In this document: one piece after another, positions 14,501-27,680 of the stretch
Layout of the letters: every line of letters begins with the position of its first letter
Numbering within the stretch: position 1 is the stretch's first letter
Assembly: GCF_037042905.1 (NCBI RefSeq)
Contig: NC_087245.1
Coordinates: 12,588,001-12,652,000 of the forward strand
DNA length: 64,000 bases
DNA from: Lytechinus pictus
Lineage: Eukaryota
Direction of reading: 5' to 3'
Position numbers and translations under genes: made by a program
The notes under the pieces: generated by a model
Databases searched by the model: none
The model's input: only the letters and a program-made list of their open reading frames with translations
Told to the model about the DNA's origin: nothing

Positions 14501-17010
14501 GATTTGCGAGGGCACGCAACAGAATTGTATCGAAACTTCATTGTGAAATGACTGAGATGGAATGATACTTGTCATTAGAGTCTTTAACGTAAACGTTAAT
14601 GTTGACCTGAAAATGGCCTTTGACCTTCCCATGCAACCTCCGACTGCAGCATAACATGCAGGTCCCCCAAGTACATCTCCCTTCCAAGTTTGGTTGAAAA
14701 TTGACTTACGGTTGCGGAGTTAGGTGTCATAATGAGAGTCTTGCATGTAAACTTTAACGTTGACCTGAAAATGACATTTGACCTTACCATCTGACCTCCG
14801 ACTGCACCATAACATAGGTTCCCAAGGTACATCTACCATCCAAGTTTGGTTGAAAAGTGACTTACGGTTGCGGAGTTATGTGTCATAAGAGAGTCGATTC
14901 TTGCATGTAAACTTTAACGTTGACCTGAAAATGACCTTTGACCTTACCATGTAATCTCCGACTGCAGCATAACATGCAGGGCCCCAAGTCCATCTACAAT
15001 CCAAGTTTGATTGACAAGTGACTTACGGTTGCGGAGTTATGTGTCATAAGGTGTGTGACGGACGGACGGACGACATTTTGATCCCTAAGTCTCGCCTTCA
15101 CCTCTGGTGGGCGAGACAAAAAGGATACGTAATTGGGGATCTTCCTACAAAAAAGAAGTGAAATTCCAACCACTTTTTATAATCGTAAACAGGATAGGTT
15201 TATAAATAAACAATTAATGCGAGCGCGAAGCCCGAGCGGAAAAATTCGAGACTTAGACCTACAAACAGGACGCTCTATTCATGTTTTATAAATCATGAAT
15301 TTCAATGGAAAATGATGAGTAATTGGGAATCTTCCTACATTGATAATGCTAATTATGATTAATAATAAGAAGTGCGAGCCGGAAATTTGTGATATTCTGA
15401 TCAGAAACTGGATTATGATTTAAATAGAGAACAAGCTGCTTATCTAAATAAACATGCGCGCGCATCTTTCATATTTAGACATAGAATCTGGGTATTCTAA
15501 ATGCATTTTTTATCATGAAAATCAATAAAGCGAGCGCTAAGCGCGAGCTTAAAATATTTGATATTCCGATCTAAAAAACGATCAAATTAAGCTCTATATT
15601 TCACGCACTTTGTAGGAAAATTATGAGGTGGACATGGATCGCACTTTGTTTTTTTAATAATAAAGAGCTGATATTTTACTATTTTTATTATTCTATTATT
15701 TACTTTGAGTTTTGACATGGGACCGGGACATTCTTATGACATTTTGTCAACGTATGAAAATGATTGCTATCTTCCTATTCCTTTTCCTAAACGCGAGAGG
15801 AAACTTGTCGATATTCCATTCTGAAAAGTGGCAATTTAATTATTGAATTAATATCTTATTAATTAATTCAATAAGCCTATGAGAGCGCAAAAATCGGTTA
15901 ATATTATGGCCTGAAAACTGGATTTTTCAAGCACTTTTGTAATTTGAATACGATGCATGAGTTGATATATTTTTAACAATTAATGCGAGCACAAATCTCG
16001 AGCTGAATTTTTTGTTAAACTGTCATGAAATGGGGATTTTAAGTTTGTTAAAGAATTAATATTGAGTTATACATAACTCACCAATCAAAATGCGAGCGCG
16101 CAGCGCTATAGCTGACACTTTTTGACAATCAGACCGGAAAATGGATAATTTGAGAACTTTATGAAATACACGAAATTAATAGGTACTTGACAAATCAAAT
16201 TTTGCGAGCAGAAAATATAGATATTCAGACCATAAAACTGACTCGGACACTTTTTACAAAGTACTTTAAAAAAATCAATTTGTAAATCAAACATTATCAT
16301 GAAAGTTCGATTTCCGAGCTGAAATATGTTTGTATATTGAATTCAAAACTTGATATGTTAAGCTCCATATGGAGGAAGATATGTAAATCACCAAACAGGC
16401 AATGCGAGCGCGAAGCGCGAGCGAAAATTTTATATAGTGACATAATTCAATTTTTTTCCAAGTCTTCCCCTCATCTTATTTCTTCTTTCTCTTATTTTTC
16501 CTCTTCTTTCTCCCTCTTTTTCGCTTTTCCTTTTTTTCCCTTTCCCCCTTTTTTTGTTTATTTTTGCTCCGGCACTAGGCGGGGGGAGGGGGCAGGCCCC
16601 TCGGGCCCCCTGGATCCGCCTATGCACAAATCTCCATCATCTCCAATGACGAAACTTTTTTGCCACATTTTTACTTTAAGCCGACTTCCTTGAAAACTGA
16701 GATTGGCTACCATAGGAAATATACCGGAAAATGAAATATAAAGGCCTCGACAAAATGCGCGACAATTAATAAATAGTATAATTTTTTTTTACAAGTCCTG
16801 TCTTAATTATATATGGGTGTCTCATTGAAATTATGTGTCATTATATGAAAGTAACATTATAATGGGTGTGTCACTGGCATGATGTATCAAGGCGACTTTG
16901 TAAATGAAAGTGTCAGTCAATGGCCTTTTTTCTCCATGCAGGAAAACAACACAGCTCCAGCTATGCAGGCTCATCAGAAGAAGAAGAATGGCAACTGCGT
17001 CATTAGTTGA
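5568..17010 (+). CDS. Ankyrin-repeat protein (~270 aa, 6 ANK-like repeats) with C-terminal CaaX prenylation motif; 10 coding exons
   Basis: Hand-assembled exons, all GT-AG and phase 0: 5568-5603 (MSNWSIKQRLRE), 5992-6075 (EILEAVEKGDTEKVEYLLDRGADVNESE), 6544-6654 (..KTVLLLAIEKNHEHIAKLLVDKGADL..), 7664-7759 (..TLPDIARDKGFNDLANHM..), 8490-8576 (RLTASVKDGYIDYVQDNINRGGDVN..), 9132-9248 (..TLLQLALIKGHVDIAKILLQNGVEL..), 11043-11147, 11935-11976, 13299-13364, 16942-17010 (..HQKKKNGNCVIS*). Candidate AATAAA at 17815, 18200, 18341. Confidence 0.85.
6632..7143 (+). repeat. 64-bp minisatellite x8 spanning an exon 3' end and splice donor
   Basis: Unit CTGATTTAACCGTCACTGTAACAGTAAGTATAGTACTCT..GAAATGTTTT starts at 6632, 6696, 6760, 6824, 6888, 6952, 7016 and 7080. 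Confidence 0.97.
8192..8450. mobile_element. Palindromic MITE, CACTC-type terminus
   Basis: AAAAAAATATTGGGTAAAA ... TTTTACCCAATATTTTTTT..AGAGTG; further inner arm similarity (TCCAACCAA / TTGGTTAGA). Confidence 0.65.
12095..13170. repeat. ~1.1-kb compound (GAT/GGT)n trinucleotide microsatellite, intronic
   Basis: Mixed GAT/GGT triplets between ankyrin exons 11935-11976 and 13299-13364. Confidence 0.97.
14452..15122 (-). mobile_element. HINE/pearl/Tsp-type element (Helentron-associated-like), family 1
   Basis: Subterminal IR GTCTCGCCCAC / GTGGGCGAGAC, (GGAC)n microsatellite, three ~155-bp internal repeats, T/A-run flanks. Reverse-complement copy at 45752-46427. Confidence 0.8.
15123..16624 (+). 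mobile_element. 5'-truncated copy of hAT-like non-autonomous element with GCGAGCGCGAAGCGCGAGC subrepeats
   Basis: Colinear with ~31490-32324; same terminus CCCCCTGGATCCGCCTATG. Confidence 0.7.
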
Positions 17011-17591
17011 TATTGCAATCAAGCAAAAAAAAAGACTTTGAATACTGCTTCCAGTATAAGCGCCTGTTGTCATGGTGAGATTGGTACCAATGACTTGATC
17101 CGTCTACAAGGAGTCCATCATCTTCTGAGGAAACACCCACCAATCCTCCGCATTCTCCCAAACTAGCTAGGCTGCTTCTTTTTATGGCTTTACAAACGAG
17201 CATAAAAGGACTCATGACAGGCCCCAGCATTTCCCCATGTTCTGATCAAGTATCTATCTTCATCTCAAGAGTATTAATACCTCCCAAATCTAATATAATG
17301 ATACGATAATGTATTTTTAAGAACATAACTCAATGGCTTGTTTTAAAAGAGGGTTTATCAATTTCTGCGTTATTCAAATTTCGGAATTGATAATCATTCT
17401 TATGTAGGTCTCATAAACAAAGTTAAACCAAGCTAATTAATCAGCTTTGGAATGATACATCAACTGGTGACGTCACTTATCTTCGCCTGGAGTTCCGCCA
17501 TGATAATTTATGACAATCAAACATAGTTGAGATGTAATATAATCATTAGGGAAATTATCTGGAAATAATGCTGCACATTGTTATGTAATTG

Positions 17592-17805
17592 CACACTAAA
17601 AACTGAAATGTTAAATGAGCAGTATTATTGAAAGGTTGGAGGAGTTACAACCTTTACCAAAGGTTGCATTGCCCTCTTTAAATGGTTTGATCCATGCAAC
17701 ACTTAGTTGGATTCAGCTTTATGCAATGTTGGATACAACATTTTGAAAAAGTTGCCATTCCTCCGACCTTTCAATTGCTGATTTAACATTGCAGTTTTTA
17801 GTGTG
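17592..17805. mobile_element. Palindromic MITE, CACTA-type termini, in putative 3' UTR
   Basis: CACACTAAAAACTG.AATGTTAAAT...ATTTAACATT.CAGTTTTTAGTGTG; inner arms TTGAAAGGTTGGAGGA / TCCTCCGACCTTTCAA. Confidence 0.75.
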
Positions 17806-18459
17806 TGCTATTAGAATAAATATTCCCAGCAAGTTAGGAGTAATAACAGTCGTCGTGTAAATAAATATGTCAGTAAATTATGAGAGTCGCAGATCAATTA
17901 TTGATAGATGACATCTATAGGTTTCTTGTGTGTTTCAGAAATTGTGTTGCCATGGTAACGTGCGAAGTTGTATAAACATTTTATACATTTTAGATCGAGT
18001 AGGAATTAATCTGAAATTATTTTAATCGTAAGGGAACATCCGAATTTAGATTAAGGAGTTTTATTTAATACAGTATTGATTATGTATATTACAATATTTC
18101 TAAACTTATTTTGGATTCAACCTGAATTAGAAATCAAACTTGGCTTGACATTGAATAATATATTACCGTTAAGTTTTAGACAGCTAATTATGATATCAGA
18201 ATAAATAAAGCACCGAATTCCAGTTCTATGATAGCGTGCAATATTTTATTTGATATTGATGACCTCCGTCCTTTTTGTAACAAGTATAATATAGTTTTAT
18301 TATCATGTAATGCGTAGTTATACTTATATATATTTTGTGAAATAAATTTTGTTGATAAATAATATATAAAATGATAATAGTGTGTGTAGGCTTAAAATTT
18401 AGCTTATAATTAATTTTATTTCTAGATATATCCTATTTTTCAATCGTGGACAAATTTCA

Positions 18460-18815
18460 CGATTTTCCAGCCCAATTTCACATTAATAATAGCGAAAAAC
18501 TTTACGAAAGACCCAAATCAATAATGGAATCTGTGTAGCCCCCTTCCCCCCCAAAAAAAAAATAGATGAAAAAAATTACAGTAACCAATGCAATTTTAAG
18601 TCGCGCAGCAAGTTGCCAGGAATTCGATGCATTTTCATTTTGACGGTAAATTTCTGGCAACTCGCTGCTAAGTTTTTATACTCTGATTTACATTAGGGTC
18701 TTTTAAACTGATTTCACCATTAAATTGGGTCTTCCGTAAAGCTTACGCTATTTTCACAGTAAAATTCGGCCTGAAATTGCGGTTTGCCTGTTAAAGTTAC
18801 GTTTTTTTTATAGTG
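18460..18815. mobile_element. Degenerate palindromic MITE
   Basis: Arms TTTACGAAAGACCCAA / TTGGGTCTTCCGTAAA and CAGCAAGTTGCCAG / CTGGCAACTCGCTG; ends TTTTTTATAGTG. Confidence 0.5.
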
Positions 18816-19739
18816 AGTATAATATACCTCAGTGAAACTTATGTTTGATTTTTGATAAACAATATTAAACAATATCTTTGATGGGCACCGGTCAACATAT
18901 GGACTTACTGCTCTGTCAGAGTAGTATGGTCACCAAACCTTTATCAATTTGCCAAATTTGCTTGAAGTTTTCATCTGTCTATTGCCCCCTGAAAATATTC
19001 ACTCTTTAAAGAGTTAATTTATCTATAAGTGAAAAGATCCCATTTTGGAGTGACCTCATTGAACGCTTCAGTTGGGAATGATGAGTAATCCCTGAGATCA
19101 ATCAAGACATGCACATTTCATTCTAAATCCACTACCGATTTAGTCTTTTGTAATTTACTCATAAAAGAGAATGATAATTCACTCATTTCCAGTGAATACT
19201 CTTCAAGGTGGCATGGCACTTGATCTATAGGCGATTTATATGTTTGTGTATATGCACTATAGTAGCTGAATGTGAATTTTAAATCTCAGTTTTATTACAT
19301 GCTCAGTGAACAAAACATCTCAAAAGTGTCTATAATACAATGATGGTTTATGTATATAACTTTATTGTTTGTGGGTGTGCATTGTAGAAAGTAATTTATC
19401 ATCACAAATATTTTTATCAGTCTTTGTGGTCGTTTTATAAAAAAATCTATAGTCAGGCACGGTGTCCAGTTTATGTTCAAGTTTAACGCCTTGTAATACC
19501 TTGCTAGCATACATGGTTTATTTATGGCTGATTATGTGACATGTGCATTTCATGATTCTATGCGCTGGTATATACCAGGAAAGAACATAAAGTTTGCATC
19601 TTTTGAACTTTATTGAGCCAATGAAAAATTTGACCAAAGTGTGGCATAATCATACACCAGACTTTGAAACTCACCAACTTTTCGTATATCTCAGCACGAT
19701 ATGCGATGTATACGACCATTCCGACATAGCGACCCGATC

Positions 19740-21118
19740 TAGTGCGTATCAAAAAAAACGGGACAGATTTGAAAAGTCTATAAAATTTTAGTTTCAAATA
19801 ATGATGTCTATATTTTGGTGTTAATAGATGCTCTAAGGTCTTATCTTTAAAATGCAATTTAAAAAAATAAATTTTATTCATGCTTGACCGAACACGGGAC
19901 GTTTTTGTTGGGGGTTCAAAAAGAGGCTTGCGCCAGAATTGCAGAATATGTGTAATACAATGATCAGACTTCTTGCTAATCAGGAGACTTCCTCTTGACC
20001 TTTTCATTATCTGTGCCACAATTTTCGAATTATGTTGTCAAATTTCATTTACAAAGTTATTTATTTAATTGAATTATTTTGTTTTTTCATTTAAACTTCG
20101 CTTACCTTTTAATTTTCCTTCAAAAGTAACTGAGAAAAGAAGATTTTTTTTTGTTAACCCAAGCAAGAAGATTTGAATTATTAATTGGGAAAACTTGTGA
20201 TTATTCAAATCGTTTTATTATGTGAAACAAATTATGTTATGTACCTTTAAAAGACATGAATCTATTTTTCAATGGGTCATTAATTCGTTGACCAAGTTTA
20301 ATTGCTTGACAGGAAACACAGGAAGGGATTCATGTCTTTCAATGACAATGGTGTATTGAGTCAATTTAGAAGGAGCTAGATATGGCAGATCGGGTAAAAT
20401 GTATTAAAAAGTTGTGAGCGAGCGAAGTGAGCACGCAAATATTTCCAATTTTTTTAATTACAATATCAAATTTTGTGATAGATTTTGACATAATATTCAG
20501 CAAATAATATCATATTTTACTTTCTATCTTTCCTTTTATTTCCTGTCCACTTTTTTTCTTGGTCATTATTTTTTTTAATTGAGGGGGGGGGGGAGCAACC
20601 CCCGAGCGCCCGCCCATCTGTGTGGCTTTGTTCAAAAGGCACCATAACCTTTGTAGCACATAATGAAAGGATTTGAATAACAAATCCATGCTCTCCCATA
20701 ATTCGGTTGAAAAAAATAATTTTAGCTTGAAGAAGGAATATTCAAAGCTAACAGAGAGCATATTAAAAAGAAATAACAGAATAATTCAATCAAATAAATA
20801 GATCTGAAAATGAATTTTGACCGCATGATTTGAAAATTATGGCAAAGATAATGAAAAGTTTAAGAGGAAGTCTGCTAATTAGCAAGAAGTCCGATCATCA
20901 TATTACTCATATTCTGCAATTCTGGCGCAAGCCTCTTTTTGAACCCCCAACAAAAACGTCCCGTGTTCGCTCAAGCATGAACAAAACTAATTTTTTTTAA
21001 TAGCATTTGAAAGACAAGACCTTAGAGCACCGATTAACACCAAAATATAGACATAATAATTTGAAACTAGAATTTTATAGGCTTTTCAAATCTGTCCCGT
21101 TTTTTTTAATACGCACTG
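19740..21118. mobile_element. Non-autonomous Tc1/mariner-type element with ~350-400-bp TIRs
   Basis: (T)AGTGCGTATCAAAAAAAACGGGACAGATTTGAAAAG... mirrored by ...CTTTTCAAATCTGTCCCGTTTTTTTTAATACGCACTG|TA. The CAGTG/TA terminus is intact on the right only; no transposase ORF. Confidence 0.8.
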
Positions 21119-22394
21119 TATATATACGATAATCATAATAGAGGAACGTTTAGACGCAAAATTAAGATGCAAAAAATGTTCTATTTGGCCTACAATACGA
21201 GGATTATGAGGCTCATCTAAAGGTGGGATGCTGCTTAACTTTCTGACTCTTAGTTACAGAAAAAGTGGTTACTACAATATTTTGATTTTCACTTTGGCAT
21301 TTTTTCCCAACAATATTTGTCCAACAAAATGTAGCTCGTGGTTATTCTAAACATTTAGGTTTTCAAGTTGTTGATAAGTGCATGGATGAAAATAAAAACC
21401 GAACATTAACTTCATTTAATTTTGGAATGATAGTTACGAGTTTTGATGCAACAAAGCGTAAACACGTTTGCAAATCGAATTGCTCTACATTCATACCTCC
21501 GTTTAGTTTGTATGGTGATGATGTTTTTAAATGAATAGATTATCTATTATATGTTTTGAATAAAAAAGGGCCTCGAAATTGTGTTCCATTTAAAAGTATA
21601 TGAATTTGTAGTTTTACCGGTTTTGATTAGAATAATTTGGAATTGTTATTTTGTTTAAAAATATAGGCCTTAATGAAAACGAAATAAAGTATATTCTATA
21701 ATGTAGTGATCTGTATTGTTTTGTTTCATTTTGAAATTTATTGCAGATATTGTATATTTCTTATCAATGGTTTGTTGCAAATAGCAAGTGTTTTTACATA
21801 GCTAAAAGCTATGTTGTCACAAATTATGTAGGCCTACAATATATGTAGCTCGTACGTGGAAATGTCAATAAAAATGTTTAAGATGTTATAAGAAATAATT
21901 TATGCAACTTACTTATTCCGTCCATGATCTGATGATAGAGAGTGAAAGTGAGAGAGAAAGGGGGAATGAGAGGGAGAGAGAGAGAGTGAGAGAGAAGGGG
22001 GGGGGGGGCTAAAAACGCATACTGCGTGTACACAAAAATTGTGTTATGAACATTGCTCTTGCAGCCTCAACATTATAATTTGATTTAAAAATCATGACAC
22101 AATTTCGAAAGAAAATAAGGAGCTTTGGACAAGATCACACGGATCAATGATTTCATAAACAATTAAGGAGTGCGAAAAATGGTGGGGTTTTCTGCAGAAT
22201 TTTCTTACAAAAAAGAGCCTCAACCTGAAACAGGGAGAGCGATCCATTTAAATATGATCTTGTTTACTTCTGATAGATGCCCTTCCTTCTTTTCTAATTT
22301 ATTAAGAAAAAAAAAAGTCTGTTATAATTGAAATCAGCGCCCTTTGTTTATCGGAGCGGAACGGAAGAGGGGCAATGGAGGCACTTGCCCCCCC

Positions 22395-25300
22395 TGTTAC
22401 ACCCACAAATGTAATAATCGCCCACAAATGTAATAACGCCCACAAATGTAATAACACTTTACCCACAAATGTAATAACGCCCACAAATGTAATAACACTT
22501 TACCCACAAATGTAATAATTTCACCCACAAATGTAATAATGCACTTTACCCACAAATGTAATAATTTTTGATCGCCCACAAATGTAATAATGACTTTACC
22601 CACAAATGTAATAAATTTGAAGGGATTTTTGGCGAATCTGTTCTAAACTAAAATCCTATAGTAATGCGTTCATATAGCACAAAAGTGCAAAGTCTTTTTT
22701 CCAGACCCGGTTAATAAAACATTATAGTACAATTCCAAAGTCTTTTTCCAGACCCGGTTGTTTCAAAATTATAATATACGTCCAAAGTCTTTTTTCCAGA
22801 CCAGGTTAATTCAAAAATTATAATATACACCCGGTTGTTTCAAAAATTATAATGCAGGTCCAAGGTATTTTTTCAGACCCGGTCGTTTCAAACATTAGAA
22901 TATAAAAAAGTCCAAAGTCTTTTTTCCAGAACCGGTTGTTTCAAAAATTATAATATACGTCCAAAGTCTTTTTTCCAGACCCGGTTGTTTCAAAAATTAT
23001 AATGTAAACATTAGAATATAAAAAAGTCCAAAGTCTTTTTTCCAGAACCGGTTGTTTCAAAAATTATAATATACGTCCAAAGTCTTTTTTCCAGACCCGG
23101 TTGTTTCAAAAATTATAATGCAAGTCCAAAGTCTTTTTTTTCAGACCCGGTCGTTTCAAACATTAGAATATAAGTCCAAAGTCTTTTTTCCAGACCCGGT
23201 TGTTTCAAAATAATCATAAGTCCAAACTAAGATAATGATATTCTAGTGGAATAAAATGAGAATCGAGCTTAGTCTTTTCTCCAGACAAAGTCAATTAAAA
23301 CTTGTGGAAAAGTAACAAAGACCCCCACTCTCTTGTAAATATTATATAACATGGAAATATAGCGTAGTCTTTCATCCAGACCCAGATCTTTCAAATAACA
23401 AATGAATAATAATAATGATAATAAATTAGTAATAATAAAAAAGCAAACAAAGACCCACGATCATATTTATGCTGAATAACATTGAAATATAGCGTAGTCT
23501 TTCCTCCAGACCCAGATCTTTCAAATAAGAAATGATGAACAATAATAATAAATTAGTAATAATAATAAAGCAAACAAAGGCCCACGATCCTCTTTATGTT
23601 GAAAAATATGGAAATATAGCGTAGTCTTTCCCCCAGACCCAGTTATAAAAGTAATTAAAAACACAACAACAACAAAACAAAGACCCTGCAATCTTTTGAA
23701 CATTGAATAACATGGAAATATGCTGTAGTCTTTCTTATTATTATTTCAAAATAACCAAAATCATTAAAAAAGAATAACAGAATCTAAGGCCCAACTATCC
23801 TTCAAACTAAGAACCTTCAATAAATAAAAGTTTAGAGAGCTTTCTTTATTCCAGACCTTGTCATTTCAGAAATAAGATAAATGAAATCCTCATAACTAAG
23901 ACTCACTCATATTCTTGTGCCTGTACAACATGAATAAGATGATTGGGGGAGTATTTCATCAACATTTATGTCCGACAAGTTGTCAGATCTGACAACTGTT
24001 CTTGATGTTGATTGGCTGAGAAGCAGTGCTACCAGTGTCGGATAAAACGTCAAACAACTCCTTTCATGAAATGCTCCCCGGGCTCTAAGTTTTGATGTTG
24101 TTTTTTTATTATAGATTTCTTTGCCTGGAAGAAAAAATGAATGTTTAATTGCATCATTTACAGGATGTTAGGCTGGAAGAGGGTTGAATTTTTTTTTTTT
24201 CTGTTTTTTTTTAATAAACTGGTCTGGTCAAATTAAGTATGCGTTATCAAAAGGGTTTTATAGTTTGGAAGATGCTGGGGTCTAGGTTTTAAGATTAATG
24301 TTTCGCTTAATTTGTATTTTAAAGAGAACTGGGTGAGGGGTAAAGACAACACTCTAAGCCCAAGCATTTTAAGTGGGTTTAATTTTGAGGATTGGTCTTA
24401 GCTGTGATTATTTTTCAATATTTTTTTATCTTTTAAATAACCGGGTCTAGACGAAAGACTAAGCATAATACTCGTGTTATTCCACAAGAATAAGAATATG
24501 ACAAAGTCTTTTGTTTTTAAGACTGTTTAAATCATTTTTAAATTACTGGGTCTGGAATAAAGACAACGCTCTAAACATGTGCTTTTCTACATGCATGGTC
24601 TTAATTTGGAGGATTGTTGGTCCTAAAACTCGTTTTGGGGGGTTGGGTTTTATTGATTTTTTATTCTTCAAATAATTGTGTCTGGAGGAAAGTCGATCTT
24701 CGACAATCGGTCTTCATGTTATTCCACAGAAATTAGATTATTGGGTATTCGTTTTAGAATATTTGTAAAAACTATTTTATTTTTTTCAAATAATAACCAA
24801 GTCTGGAGAAAGGATGTTTGCTTTACCCATGCATTATTACAATGTTTTGTAGGGGTCGTAGTATTATTTAAAAAACTGCGTATGGGGTAAAGACATATTT
24901 TTTTTACTGGGTGAAACTTTGGAAAATTGGTCTTAGATTTGAAGTTTTTTAATTCATTTTATAATAGCCGGGTCTGGAGGACAGACTTTGGACTTATATT
25001 GTAATTGTTTAATTATCCGGGTCTGGAAAAAAACACTTTGCACTTTTGTGCTATATGAACGCATTGCTATAGGGTTTAGTTTTTAGTTTTAAGTAACCGG
25101 GTCTGGAGAAAAGACTACGCTTGATTCTCAATTTACTCTTAGCGCATATATTCACAATATACGCCGTATAAGTTAAAACAACAACAAAGACATTTATTCC
25201 ATCTAGTTTAAATTAACTGGGTCTGGAGAAAAGACTAAGCTCGATTCTCGTTTTTTTTCTGGAATACCATTAACGTAACTTAGTTTGTACTTATATTATA

Positions 25301-26853
25301 ATTTTTTTAATAACCGGGTCTGGAAAAAAGACTTTGGACTTATATTGTAATTGTTTAATTATCCAGGTCTGGAAAAAAGACTTTGCACTTTTGTGCTATA
25401 TGAACGCATTGCTTTAGGGTTTAGTTTTTAGTTTTAAGTAACCAGGTTTGGAGAAAAGACTATGCTTGATTCTCAATTTACTCTAGCACATATATTCACA
25501 ATATACGCCGTATAAGTTGAAACAACAACAAAGACATTAATTCCATCTAGTTTAAATTAACTGGGTCTGGAGAAAAGACTAAGCTCGATTCTCATTTTTA
25601 TTCCACTGGAATATCATAATCGTATCTTAGTATGGACTTAAACTATAATTTTTGAAATAAACGGGTCTGGAAAAAGACTTTGGACTTATATTAAAATTTT
25701 TGAAACAACCGGGTGTGGAAAAAAGACTTTGGATTTGCATTATAATTTTTTAATTAACCGGGTCTGAAAAAAAGACTTTGGACTTATATTAAACTTTTTG
25801 AAACAACTGGGTCTGGAAAAAAGACTTTGGACTTATATTATAATTTTTTAAACAACCGGGTCTGAAAAAAAGACTTTGGACGTATATTATAATTTTTGAA
25901 ACAACCGGGTCTGGAAAAAAGACTTTGGATTTATATTATAATTTTTGAAACAACCGGGTCTGAAAAAAAGACTTTGGATTTATATTACAATTTTTTAAAC
26001 AACCGGGTCTTGAAAAAAGACTTTGGACGTATATTATAATTTTTGAAACAACCGGATCTGGAAAAAAGACTTTGGACGTATATTATAGTTTTTTAATTAA
26101 CCGGGTCTGAAAAAAAGACTTTGGACTTATATTAAACTTTTTGAAACAACCGGGTCTGGAAAAAAGACTTTGGACTTATATTATAATTTTTTAAACAACC
26201 GGGTCTGAAAAAAAGACTTTGGACGTATATTATAATTTTTGAAACAACCGGGTCTGGAAAAAAGACTTTGGATTTATATTATAATTTTTGAAACAACCGG
26301 GTCTGAAAAAAAGACTTTGGATTTATATTACAATTTTTGAAACAACCGGGTCTTGAAAAAAGACTTTGGACGTATATTATAATTTTTTAAACAACCGGAT
26401 CTGGAAAAAAGACTTTGGACGTATATTATAGTTTTTTAATCAACTGGGTCTGGAAAAAAGACTTTGGACGTATATTATAATTTTGAAACAACCGGGTCTG
26501 GAAAAAGACTTTGGACTTGTACTATAATGTTTAATTAACTGGGTCTGGAAAAAAGACTTTGCACTTTTGTGCTATATAAACGCATTACTATAGGATTTTA
26601 GTTTAGAACGAATTCGCCAAAAATCCCTTCAAATTTATTACATTTGTGGGTAAAGTCATTATTACATTTGTGGGCGATCAAAAATTATTACATTTGTGGG
26701 TAAAGTGCATTATTACATTTGTGGGTGAAATTATTACATTTGTGGGTAAAGTGTTATTACATTTGTGGGTGTTATTACATTTGTGGGTAAAGTGTTATTA
26801 CATTTGTGGGCGTTATTACATTTGTGGGCGTTATTACATTTGTGGGTGCAACA
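22395..26853. mobile_element. Foldback-type non-autonomous DNA transposon (4.46 kb) with modular inverted arms
   Basis: Termini TGTTACACCCACAAATG / CATTTGTGGGTGCAACA; outer arrays of CCCACAAATGTAATAA; inner arrays of a ~58-bp unit (AAAGACTTTGGAC..AACCGGGTCTGG) in opposite orientation in the two arms; inserted in a C-run. Confidence 0.88.
23946..24079. mobile_element. Small MITE nested in the foldback element
   Basis: GGGGAGTATTTCAT...ATGAAATGCTCCCC; internal palindrome AGTTGTCAGATCTGACAACT. Confidence 0.6.
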
Positions 26854-27680
26854 CCCCCCCCCAAAAAAAAAAAAATCCGGTTCGAAAAAAAAATGAAAGG
26901 TGCCCTTTTAAAGTTACACATTTTTGTTCTGCACATTTTCGTCCCTAATTATAAGTTGATTATCTTTTATTTGTTACACTCTTAATGTGAAAAATTTCTT
27001 TGCTCTATTTTCATTCATTTTCTCTTTTTTCGTCCCTGAAGGGATATGTATACAATACATAGAATACATAATTGGGTGAGTTTTATTCAACGAACATTTT
27101 AGGTTTGGAAAACCTTGGTCCCTTTTCTTACAGTTCCCTCGCGGGCAAGCAAAATGGCCCCTCTTTTCCCGTAATTACATGCCCCTAGGTTTATTCTATT
27201 CAATCGATAAAAAAGTGTCTTTCGTGAGGGAAATTTTCGACGATCATTTTCTCTTTTATAACAAAAGCATTTGAAGGGAAATAATTTTCCATATACCTTT
27301 TAAACAAACTAAAACAATAAAGAAAAGTTGTAATTGGCACGAGAATAAACCAAAAAAGCATATTTTACGACTTGGAATTTCATTTTTTCCAAAACCGCTC
27401 GCTCGCTACCTTCGCTTTCGATTTGCCACCCCCAAGAAAATAATTCACCCCTCATCCCACAGGCTATAAGTTTCATGAAATTCGTTTAGAGTATAGGGTA
27501 GATCAGGGTTATTTTTCTTTGTTTTAAAGCAGATACGAACCAATAGCGCCATCTCGAGTCCTCAACTACTCATACCTGGCCAGTTTCCCGACCCATAATG
27601 CTAGTGTAGTCTAGTAATATAGACCCACTTGAATGATTACATGCTAATTAACTACTCAATACATTTATACCGCAATAATT

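Noticed and set aside
22397..26948. Paired ORFs MGKVIITFVG... on opposite strands; repeat-spacer look of the CCCACAAATGTAATAA array
   Set aside because: They are translations of the foldback TIR arrays; the 'spacers' are short and mirrored at the other end.
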